Source: Fimbriosthenelais zetlandica
Lineage: Eukaryota
Length of the DNA stretch: 64,000 nt
Assembly (NCBI GenBank): GCA_977030845.1
Contig: OZ365109.1
Location: 57,040,001-57,104,000, forward strand
Direction: 5' to 3'
Shown here: piece by piece, positions 52,537 to 63,600 of the stretch
How positions within the stretch are numbered: the first letter of the stretch is position 1
Layout of the letters: each line of letters opens with the position of its first letter
Translations under genes and position numbers: made by a program
Notes under the pieces: model-generated
What the model was told of the DNA's origin: nothing
The model's database searches: none
The model's input: only the letters and a program-made list of their open reading frames with translations

Positions 52537-53519
52537 GGATAGGGATTTCAAGCCAACTGTGGCTGATTTTAAACGGCCTTCTACGACCAGCTAAAATTAG
52601 GCTTTTTTAAAATTAATTAGGTGTTATATAAGCGGAATAATAATCCGATTTAGGGAATAAACAACAGTGGTTTATAAGCAATATTTTTATTGAATAATAA
52701 CATGATAACACAATGCAATACATTATATTCACCTTTAATGTTAACCATAACCAAATGTTAGCCAAATACATGATATAAACTAATTCCATCTATCGTATCA
52801 ATTTAAATTATTTCCAATGACAATATTGATACCTTGGTCTAAGTACATTTGTAATTACAAATTTCTGAGAAAAAAAATGTGTCCTCCCCATAGCCACCCT
52901 CCCTAACTAATGTAATGAGTGTAATTTTTCACTGCTCCGTACCAAACTCGTGGTAAATATGGTACTCATCAAACATACTCTTCATCAATACATGTATGTT
53001 AAATAATTTACCGATTTTTATATAGCACAGTAACCTATTATAGTTCAGAGCGCTTTGCAGTCATTATTACCCTTCGTCATTTCCACTCCTACTCTATGTA
53101 TAGTTAACATTTCTCACCTGCCTTATTAGAGAAGTATCATACGAAAATATACTTCTCGGTTTAGTTTAATATTTACGTATAATTTAACATACCCTTAAAC
53201 AAAACATATTAACTAAGTATATTTGGAAAAAATATATCTAGCTTTAATCTAATACATAAGTTTAGCTTTAATCCAATAAATAACTTTAACTTAATATTCT
53301 TGAACCGGTTACAGAACTTGAGGTACTCTGTCTCTGCAGCTTTTTCTGTGGCCCTCTTTTTCCTGCTATATAGAACACATTGGCACCCAACAAACTTTTA
53401 CAGCAAAGATTTTGTGTTTTTACCCTTTGGCCCCCTAGGTGCAGCAATTATAATCTGTATTACAATAACTTATATATGACAAAGTAATGCTGTACAAATC
53501 GTGATAATTGTGTCTGGCT

Positions 53520-53790
53520 AAGCTCCAATTCTCAAATATTAAACTAATCTGATATTAGATCAATATAAATAATAATTACTGTTTGTGCCAAAGCTACTAC
53601 TCCCCGACATTCACTAATCTGATACCAAATAAATATAAAAAAAATCATTATTGTGTTTGTCAAAGGTACAACTCCCTGACATTAACTAATCTGATATCAA
53701 ATAAATATAATCTAATTATAAAACTATCAGTACTGTGCTTGTCAAAGCTTCAACTCTTTGATATTAAATAAATCTGATATTAAATAAACT
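53520..53790. repeat. Degenerate AT-rich tandem repeat (~70-82 bp period, ~3.5 copies) inside the transposon
   Basis: The recurring core AAAG(C/G)TxCAACTCxxTGAxATTAACTAATCTGATAxCAAATAAATATAA starts near 53520, 53590, 53662 and 53744. Confidence 0.7.
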
Positions 53791-54114
53791 AGTTTAAATC
53801 TAAAATAATATTTGGAAAGTAACATGCAGATAGACCATCTTCCAAAGAGTATCCTTCTGAGTCAGTGTACCGGGTAGTTCTAAATTCCATGAGTTTTCCC
53901 CGATTTTTGCAGTAAATAAGGCTATTTCAACTATATATGGTGATATAATATTATTGCCGATTTCAAAGACATATGGCGAACTGTATGTTTCCAAACTAAC
54001 ACGAACTATATGTCACAAAGCTTATTTAGATATAAGGATACACAATTTCTGTAACCAAAATTGTGTAACATTAACTGGGAAATACTTCTTTTTTTAGATG
54101 GAACTTAGAAAATT

Positions 54115-54190
54115 GTCCGTTCACTCTAAGTTGATCCGAAACCACCATACATTTGCACTGAGGTTTCGGATCAACTTAAAGTGAACGGAC
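54115..54190. repeat. Foldback hairpin with 29-bp arms (1 mismatch) and an 18-nt loop; possible Tc1/mariner-type MITE remnant
   Basis: GTCCGTTCACTCTAAGTTGATCCGAAACC (54115-54143) pairs with GGTTTCGGATCAACTTAAAGTGAACGGAC (54162-54190). The right arm continues TGTA, which is TACAGTCCG... on the - strand. Confidence 0.88.
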
Positions 54191-54499
54191 TGTAGAGATG
54201 CAAGCTTCCATGTGAAGCTGAATGGAACATAGTATTATATATTACATTAGTTTGAAAAATGAGAATAATAATTTTATTAAATATTCAAATTATATTATTG
54301 AGAGGGTCATCATATCCCTGTTTATTTAATCTACAGGGCAGTAGTTAGTTATACATTTTCCTCAGTACTTCCATTTCATAATTTACACCTTGCCCACCAT
54401 ATAATTTATCTCATGTCAAAGTCACAAACTATGTAAAATACAACTCACATTAATACAAATAATTCATGAAAATCCACAAATACCTATTTAAATCGTTCA

Positions 54500-56930
54500 C
54501 ATTACAAAAATATCAATATCCAGAGGAGTGCAGACCTTTTTGGCAAGGTCCCATCTCAAGGTTTGGGCATCTCCCAGCAGCCTTGTCATTTGCCCTTCTC
54601 GCTCATGTTGTTCGTCATTAGATCCATATCTATCGAACCTTTTTTAACTGTTGGATAGTAGTCTCTGATCTATGGATGACTCTCTAGGCATTGTCTAATC
54701 GCATCTGAAAAAACAAATATAAGGACTTTTCAGTGACAATCATACTTTTTAAAAATCCACAAATAATACCAAAAGAAGGGATTGAAATATAGAGGCGGGA
54801 AAGCTACCTGGTTCTAATTGTGTTGAATGATTTTGCTGCCAATGGATGAAGTGCTGGTGACAAGCAAAGCAGCCCTGTCATTCAGGCGAATCTGGAAATG
54901 GCAAGGAAATAAAATGATTAGCACAATGTACCTTAAAAGTATATCTGAAAAGTGGGTTATTTTCATCTTTCAATAGTAAGTAGAGCATTTTTGCAAAAAT
55001 TAATAATCTACCCTTTAGAACAAATATATTATGTACAAGTACATGTAGCAGTCAATATAATACGACCTGCTGGTCTACTTTTATGAATACCACTTATAAA
55101 ACACCATCTGGTCCGTTTTAACTGCTTCTTGTATACTGGCAGTAGGCGGTCAAGATAAGCCTCTGATATAGTTATCATGTCTTACACAATCATGCCCGGT
55201 CAACGGTTGACAAGTTGGACCTAATAAAATGCATAGAGCAACAATGGGAGTTGGGTATAGGTATAAAGTACTAAAATGTATGGAATGCTGGGCGGTTAGA
55301 GTTATTTTGTCCCTCTAACTTGTATGGGTTATTTTTGGTCAAAATTTAGACCATGGGCCAGATCATACATCCCCGTACAGCCCACCCCCTATAACCACCA
55401 CCACATGTCCAAATGACCAAACACGTGGTGCTAGGCTTATATCAGATACATTATAATTAGTCCGTGTATAGTGCTATCACTGTATATCGCTAACTCAATA
55501 TTATTTCATTCTTTTGCATAGTTCTTACTGTCTCCTATTCTTTTCAAATTTAGTTGTACCTAGCATGTTTATTACAATATTCTATTTTCTGTCAATACAT
55601 AATTATATCGTCATCCCTTTAGTAGAACTAGAAGTAGAAGCTTTAAAACTTCTACCCACGTGCTAGCTAGTGTGTGTATAGTAAATATTAATTTCCTATA
55701 TATAACGTCCTGTCATTTTTTTCACTCCTAATCTTAATCGCAGAGATAAGGAGATCGTAAGCTATTAAGCTCAATAATATCAATAGTATACATATCTTAT
55801 ATGAAGTAACATATAGAAATATATCTCCTAAATAGCTATATCAGGGTCGACTAGGGAGACGGGGCAGGGAGGGAGTGTGAGACGGGGCGGGGAAGGGTGT
55901 CTCCCGTCAGAGTGACTACACTCTGCGCCCGTGTAGTAAAATCAGGGTGAGGGTGGTTAGACAAGGGGAGATAAGAGGGTATGTATCCATGCATGGTGTT
56001 GTGGGGAATATGAGAGCCAGCCAGTGGCGGGGGGGGGATTAAACCATAGTCCGGTATTTAGTCCTATTATCCCCATGCAGGCCCTATACTATCATTTCTG
56101 TGAAATGCATACTGAGCTCTAAGAAGCTAAGATGTTTAAATAGCTACTATATTGATATGATCTATCCATAATCTTCTCACACTTCATAAATGTCTTAGGA
56201 ATGATAAGGATTGTAAACTCTATCAGCCATTGCGATCTGTCTACAACATTCTTCATACTAAACTCTCCAAGTTGCATGTCCAAGCGCCACGTGAGTTTGA
56301 GTGCTTGTAAGATTGCAACCTAATAGCTAAAATAAAAAACCTAGAAAATAGGGCTCTAAAACTAAAACAAAGTTCAATATCGGTACTGTCAGTTTCTGGG
56401 TTCAGTAGTCAACTATTTTCAATAAAATGAATAATACTTAGCTTTATGTACGATCACAGCAGAAGAGGAGACCGTCCCCCCTTCCATTCACAGAGACGTC
56501 AGTTTTGAAAAGAACTTTTGAATGTGCACCACGTGACTAAATTCACGTGACCAATCTGTGCAACTTCCTGTTGCTGGAGAGAGGACTCTGAGCCGCCTGG
56601 AGACGGCTGGGCATACACGTCCAAGGCATCATGTCTCTCATGTGCCATGTAACATGTTGGAAGCTGAATTATATCATTCCATGATGTTGTCACTATTTGC
56701 ATTTGTCACCTGAAATATAAAAATAGGTAAAAACTATGATCATGAGACCAGTATGACAAATTTGTTTCAAAAAGGAAATTTTGAGTTACAGAATAATGAG
56801 TTACATGGGGAACAATGGTGAGAAAAGGGTAGACAATTAAATTAGCACCTTTACATACCTTATGATTGGTAAGATGTGTTCGAGATGAATGATTTCGATG
56901 ACTTGATGTAGATGCTCAGGGTCCAATTTT
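54500..56930 (-). pseudogene. Decayed multi-exon gene inside the transposon, product unidentified
   Basis: Short canonical introns on the - strand: 56858-56710 (GTATGT...TTTTTATATTTCAG) and 54807-54705 (GTAGCT...TTTGTTTTTTCAG), plus a strong acceptor at 54892 with a CTAAT branch site. Segments 55162-55067, 54891-54808 and 54704-> join in one phase but carry in-frame stops. A 66-codon open stretch lies at 56319-56122, and AATAAA on the - strand is at 52686-52691. Outer boundaries are approximate. Confidence 0.45.
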
Positions 56931-56969
56931 ACTTATTAATTTGTTATTACATGTTGCCCTCCTTCTGTT

Positions 56970-57691
56970 GGGGGTGGCAAGCATCCCGTGGGTCTGCTTC
57001 ACATAGACGCTGACGTGATGGGAGATTATGTGGGGATGGCAAGCCTCCCTTGGGTCTGCTTCACATAGACACCTATGTGACAGGGCCATGTGTGGGGATG
57101 GCAAGCCTCCCTTGGGTCTGCTTCACATAGACACCTATGGGACAGGGCCATGTGTGGGGATGGCAAGCCTCCCTTGGGTCTGCTTCACATAGACACCTAT
57201 GGGACAGGGCCATGTGTGGGGATGGCAAGCCTCCCTTGGGTCTGCTTCACATAGACACCTATGGGACAGGGCCATGTGTGGGGATGGCAAGCCTCCCTTG
57301 GGTCTGCTTCACATAGACACCTATGGGACAGGGCCATGTGTGGGGATGGCAAGCCTCCCTTGGGTCTGCTTCACATAGACACCTATGGGACAGGGCCATG
57401 TGTGGGGATGGCAAGCCTCCCGTGGATCTGCTTCACATAGACACCTATGGGACAGGGCCATGTGTGGGGATGGCAAGCCTCCCGTGGATCTGCTTCACAT
57501 AGACACCTCTGGGACAGGACCATGTGTGGGGATGGCAAGCCTCCCGTGGATCTGCTTCACATAGACACCTCTGGGACAGGACCATGTGTGGGGATGGCAA
57601 GCCTCCCGTGGATCTGCTTCACATAGACACCTATGGGTTGGCACCTTATTTGGGGATGACAAGCCGCCGTGGGTCAGCTTCAAATACACAC
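56970..57691. repeat. 62-bp minisatellite, ~12 copies (right subterminal array of the transposon)
   Basis: Unit is GGGACAGGGCCATGTGTGGGGATGGCAAGCCTCCCTTGGGTCTGCTTCACATAGACACCTAT. TCACATAGAC recurs every 62 bp from 56999 to 57619, and the first and last copies are degenerate. Confidence 0.97.
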
Positions 57692-58599
57692 TGATAAACC
57701 ATCAGAGCTATGATTTTGAGTTCCTTATATTAAGGACACCTGAATTCATATATATGGAGAAAAATCTTCTTTGCAATGCCATTTAGACCTTGTAGAGCCA
57801 ATTCGTTTTGCAGAAATAGGTGCACAAAATTTCTTAGTCCATATGTGTCTACATGAAGCCACCAATGGACGACGGTATTGATTTAATAGGTTTGAACACA
57901 GAAGCAATTGCTTCCTCAACATGAATAATATTGATAATGATATTATAGAGTGTCTGTCACATCTAAAAGTGTGTTAGACAATATACTATGAATAAATAAC
58001 AAGTAGCTGAGGGTTTTTAATTTCCCTGGCTTGGCACAGACGCTAATGGACAACAGACGGCAACCATGTTCTATTTGTGGGAGAGTGGTCCATTTGTGGG
58101 GACGGGAGGCTTGTCCAAGCTGGAGACGGGTTATCCCCACCAACAACCCACTTATGGACCACTCATGGCAAGGCTTGTGCACATAGGGTAGTGGACAGAA
58201 TGACCAGAACCTCTCTGGTTTGACCAGTACCCGTTAATGTAGAAAGTGGACTTCACTATGTTAAGTCCGAGGCAAACACGAGTGTTTGTCACACAGAGAG
58301 AAAAAAAGCGTCCTCTCAATTCCCTGGCCAGGAATCTTGAGGAACACGGCGCTTTAGTTGTCTCTGCGATATTACCCACTTCAGCCATAGGGGGCACCAC
58401 ATGGTCTGGAATATGCTCCGGCTATATAAGTAATATCTATTACGGGTGAAAAATATCCTCCTTCTGGGCCTATATACTGAGGTTATAACTTAATATGACC
58501 CTATTCAATCCTATATCGATCACAAAATAATTAAGTAAACAAAAAGGCATATAGATATGTTGTTTGCTTTTAGTACACTCCAATCCCTTTTTCTAATCA

Positions 58600-58960
58600 C
58601 CAAATACCATAGCGTATTTTATACCACAACACTAGCTTGTTCTGCTTTTACCACTAGTTGATCCGTCTATTTTCGCAAACGAGCTCGCTGATTGGCTGAT
58701 AGAAAACGTTTGCCAAACTTCCAGCCAATCAACGGCGCTGTCCAGACGTCGTTGCACGTCAAAGATGGCGCCGTCCAGCAGCGAACGAAGAGTTTACCAG
58801 GTATTTTAGCCTATTATTTACCAAATATAGGGTAGTGTTGTGGTATAAGATCAAATCAATTTTTTCTGGCAACACTTGAGGCTGGTGATCCGTCACCCGG
58901 AATCACCATCGATTTTGATTTGATCATATGAATTCTCATGTCAACCCGTGCTCTATTCTC
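58600..58960. mobile_element. Small non-autonomous element with nested inverted repeats (family uncertain)
   Basis: A 16-bp perfect IR TTATACCACAACACTA (58619-58634) / TAGTGTTGTGGTATAA (58833-58848) encloses TGATTGGCTG / CAGCCAATCA. A second 11-bp IR GATCAAATCAA (58849-58859) / TTGATTTGATC (58915-58925) encloses TGGTGAT / ATCACCA. Ends and TSD are not defined. Confidence 0.55.
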
Positions 58961-60586
58961 TAAAATTCAATAGTGAATTGTTTTTAAATTTGAATATTAA
59001 CTTATAAGCTCAACCTTTACACTAGGCTATATGAATATACTATATAAAAACATAGAGCTCTCAAGCTGTAAGTAGTTTCGGGAAAGGGATTTGTAGGCCT
59101 ACAAAGGGTGTCTGTGTATATTACAACAAAGCCATTGAGTGTTGAACCCTTGTATTATACTGGGAACCATGTGACAAATACAAAGCTGGAGACATTTAAC
59201 ATGTGTAACATGTATACATGAAGTAGTGTGTGTGGGTGATGGATGAGGAGTGGATGTGGGGGTGGGGGTAGGGTGTGAATGTGTGGAGCATAACACATTA
59301 TGCCAACACCCTCGGTACACCCCTCCCCACTCCCTGCCCTTCCTATACCAGGAAGTAGTCAACTCTAGTCATTGGGACTTAGGGCACTCAGAATCAGAAT
59401 GGATTGCCTTATCATGTTCCCTATGCCCATCATCAAATCTAGATGTTTATTTGGACAAGGTATAACTTTCTTTTATAGGCCTATTTTGTGATGGTATTTC
59501 ACTCTCAAATACTAAAGATAACACCGGTTATTCACACATGCATGTACCTTTCCACCTTTAAATGTACTCAGTAGGTTATCCATGTTTGGATCAGACCCCC
59601 TACCCCCTCCAGTCTCTTCGGCTGTACCAAGCGGCCATTTCTAGGAGATGCCTCGGCCATGCCTAGTGCCGCTATTATATTTCACCTTGGCTAGCAGATC
59701 CTGTCGCTCTACTGTCGGGCAAACACGGGCCCAACGCTGATCAAACAGGAGCCGAGAAGCCGCTTTCTCCCTTGCCAATTATTCCTCCCCTACCTCCACT
59801 CACGGCCGCATCAAGAGTGTCTCCTCTCCTTCTCTTACTCCAACTCTCCTCTTTCTTTTCTCTCCCCATCTCTCCCTCTCCATGCCCCGACCTAGCCAGC
59901 ATTTTCTCGATATCTTCTCCCCACATTGGGAGCGCCTCTCTCTCACCCTCTGATTGGCAGAAAGTTCAATAGAGATTGGCCAGAGTCGCTTTTACATTTG
60001 TCAAATCAAAGTTGTGTGGGCCTGAAAGAGATTTTCTGAAGTGCTCTATCAGTTGTAGGACCCTAAAAGCATGTCTCTATGTATAAAGTCTGGTCGATTT
60101 AAAAGCTCATCTCCAGCTTTCGATCCAATAGAGGAGCTCTAAATTTGATAAACGTTTCACCAGCTGAGGATTTTGAAAGTACCCATCGCCTTGTTGAATA
60201 TGAACCGAGTATCTTTATGAAAAATATTTTTCGCCGTACTTTTTCTGAAAATTGTTGTCCTATATTTGGAGTTCTGCAAACTGAATTTGCTGAATGTGAC
60301 TCATTCTTGAGCTCGGGGATTACGCCTATACGCGTCGCTTCCCTATTTGATTTATTCTTTGTAGGGGTAGGTTTATGACATGGTTGTATAGTATAAGCAT
60401 ACATTAAGCTGTCCATGTATATGGTCGATAGCAGCCATGTAATACTGGCGATCTGCTAAATCCAGCACCAGTAATCCACGTGCTGATATCAATAAAACCA
60501 TAGAGGTCAGCAGACAATGAGATGGCTCAATATGATATTTCTCCATATGGCCAGCACATGGGCTGTGGACAGGAAGAGGATATGGC

Positions 60587-60618
60587 CTGGCCATGGTGAC
60601 GCATGTTTCCATGGTAAC
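60587..60618. promoter_or_regulatory. Paired RFX X-box sites
   Basis: GTTTCCATGGTAAC (60605-60618, consensus match) is preceded by CCATGGTGAC (60591-60600). Confidence 0.42.
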
Positions 60619-63600
60619 CTTGTCGCTAATGGAGTGTGGTTGTCGCTCGTTGGTGCCTTGGCGAGTCTGTTAACTTGCAGCGACCGTCTGACCGGAAGGT
60701 GCCGCCATTTTGAGCCGAGGTGCACTCTGGGAGACAAGGCCACTCCACCTAGTGAGTGGTGGTGGAGTGAGAGGAGTCGGCCGCCATTAGGCGAGACTCT
60801 ATCTGCCTAGCGTTCACTGTTTAATCCCATTAAAAGATAAAACAAGATGATTGATATCATTCACGTCTCCCTGCGTGCACACACCACATGACAGCGGTAT
60901 GAAATAGGTTATTCTTCTCATACCTTATTCAGGCTCAGTTTCACAACTATGCCCTATTTACATCCTTCTTACTACACTTACTTCATGTTTATGACATTAT
61001 CAATTTATACAAAGACGGATGGGGCCAGCTTGAATATTTATAAACCTCCTTATATGGCAAGGAAGCTAACTAACATTTTAATGATTTATTCCCTCCAATG
61101 TTAAGGCAGCTCATCCCTGGGACCATGTAGCTCTGGTGTAGCTCTGTCAGTAGTATAGGAGACTTGACTTTGGGCCAGGATTAATATATTGCATTATGTG
61201 AGGTATAATTGTGTGTGTTGGCCCATTCTCAGCTCTGGTGTTTATTCAGCATGGAACTAACAACGAGGATAAGGGCACCATGAGTAATGAGCCACCATAC
61301 ATCATGGACAAAAAAAAACCCTCCCTATGACAGAGTATGAACCAGACCATTCACCATCATGGATAGAACTTATAAATCAAACCAGATAAATACAACCAGC
61401 ATACCAATTTTCACAGCTTAAAACCGAAATGAAATATTCACTTTTGTGCAGAAATAGATTTTTATGAGTATTATATATGTGTATGCGGGTTTATGCGGCT
61501 ACAAATGTGTGTGTGGATGTATGTGAGATAAGTGGGTATGAGAGCCTTGTGTGTGAGGTTGGTGGGGGTCAGTGTTGTATAGGAACCACTTTATCATAAG
61601 AGCCTGTCATTGACAAGTGACGGACAAGCCCAACCCATTTATGTCAGAATAGCTAAAATGGCTGGCAAAGGTCGGTTAAGTGAAGTGTGTGCCAAAGCAT
61701 ACCTATAAACGGTGGGGCGATCGCATGACAGAGCGCGGCCTCATGACCGGTATTGACGCTGGTAAAAACCTAATGATATTGTGTGGAGTTCATTGGAGGC
61801 TAATCTCCGTGGATACACCAAGGGTTAATAGGAAGGTGGGCAGTGAGGCATCCCTCCAAACGTGCGCCCAATGACCCAAGTGCTCTCCCGGTCATATCCA
61901 ACCCATTGTCTTCAATTGCTAGCCTCGGCTATACTGCCCCTTAGATTAGCTTCAACTGGGAGATGGTGTGTGGCAAGCTTGTAGGGTGGAAGGTTACCAT
62001 GCGCTTCTGGCATCTATAGTCACTGAGCCATTCCAGAATGGCGGGGGCTGTTTCACAGTCAGCCGTATTTCCAATACACTGAGGAATATTTAGACCAGTT
62101 ATATAGGGCTCGAAACCCAGTGAAGGAAATGTTATACATTTGACTAAGGAAAAAATGCGATTTTTAATATTGACCATTGGCGCGAATATAAATTGGTTCA
62201 TTATCATCAATGTATTAATGTCTTATTCGGATGTATAAGAACTTCAATATAAATCCTCGGTGGCTTTTCATACCTGTTGCCTTAGTTTGGTCCTGCTTTA
62301 TAAAGGCACTTACCATGCCATGTAACTTTTTATGATACAAACCCCATGCCTCATTTACCCCACATGTACAAACCAACAGGGCGCCAACACTCTACAGCCA
62401 CACACCCTTCATCCCTCTCCCTCCCCGCACTCTGCCATCAAAACACGTGCCCCATAAATATGCCTCCCCTTTTCAATATGCAATCACCGAATAGCGTTTA
62501 ACCCTTGGTACAATAAAACAATGAAGCCAGCTTTCCCATTAAAGGCTCCCACTAATTTCGCCCAGTCTAGCCTCGGCCTCCATGTTCATGTGACTAAATC
62601 AAAAATATCATGGCATACCGCTGTGTCTGATGCTATCTTCTTTTATCATGCTTCTATTTGTTTGTCCTAATCGCAAAAATCATCCATTGGCAAAAGGGTC
62701 GTTTATGTCCTCATCAGCTATGCATGCATGTACGTTATTTAGGTGCTTGCCTTAACTTTCTTTCACTTGTCTTTAACATGGATTTCTTGTAAACATGATT
62801 TACAACATTGAGTATTCCCTGGACAGAATTAACGCAAATTTATCCTTAATACTAGCCTTGTATTGCCACTTTATTTAATCCATAATATATGAGAATATGT
62901 TGGACATACCTCTATTTATAGGTATAGTGTCTGAGATCGGATCGCTTATCTATTCTGATGCCATTGTTCTGATTGAAAGGCTACACGATACAATATGGAT
63001 CTCTCATTGCTGAGATCTACTGCATATATATATCCAGACGCATGGCCCAGTGCCGTTTGACTCGTTCATTTATCCAACACGAAGGGGGAAGTCTCTCCTG
63101 GGTTTTGGGTACTTGATCCATATTGTATTGGTGATCAGAGATGCATGGAGTTAATGCCTCTGCCCATTGAGGCCCATACACCCGGGGGATGAGGCGAGCT
63201 AATGGGCAAGATAAACGATAAGACCGCTTATATGTTCCTCTATACTGCCAACTCATGGTTACAATCCCCATTTTATGTTCTTTCTCACCCTCCCCTTCCA
63301 CTGTTTTGATGTAAAGCAATATAATGTGGTCGGGCAGTGTCTTCAAGAGCAGTTTTCACCGTGGCTTCCAAGTAATAGTCGCCGCTGTCTTTTCAGCAAC
63401 ATGTCAGCTTTCATGATGTGTATCATTTTTATATTGTCCCACTATGTCTGTGTCCCACTATAGATATTTTGTCTGTAATTTCCACTTAGAGATTCTTGGA
63501 TGCTTGTAGGTTTTTGACTCATTCTGTATGCTCTACTGCCTTCCTGAAATGATTGAGCAAGATATAACTTCATATATTAGCATCGTGGAAATATGGTTAC

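Larger units (their letters stand above)
52144..58188 (-). mobile_element. ~6.05-kb TIR DNA transposon, CMC (CACTA/EnSpm-like) type, decayed or non-autonomous
   Basis: Perfect 14-bp TIRs CCCTATGTGCACAA (52144-52157) and TTGTGCACATAGGG (58175-58188), flanked by TA on both sides (52142-43, 58189-90). It has tandem subterminal repeats at both ends sharing ACGGG(A/C)GGCTT, an AT-rich interior unlike the flanks, and short-intron gene remnants on the - strand. CCC termini, a 2-bp TSD and subterminal repeats fit the CMC superfamily. No transposase motif was confidently identified. Confidence 0.75.

Noticed and set aside
55635-55670. Palindrome followed by CTAGCTAG|T, like a Helitron 3' end
   Set aside because: The hairpin is AT-rich rather than GC-rich, no matching 5' TC end was identified, and it lies inside the TIR element.
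52198-57691. The 24-bp and 62-bp arrays as CRISPR arrays
   Set aside because: The units are contiguous with no unique spacers, there are no cas genes, and the context is eukaryotic.
60099-60330. TTAA|AAGCTCATCTCCAGC..., resembling a Kolobok-type MITE end
   Set aside because: No inverted partner was found and the resemblance is stylistic only.
61817-62509. 12-bp inverted match ACCAAGGGTTAA / TTAACCCTTGGT (piggyBac-like)
   Set aside because: The ends face outward rather than enclosing an element, and 12-bp matches are common by chance in a window this size.
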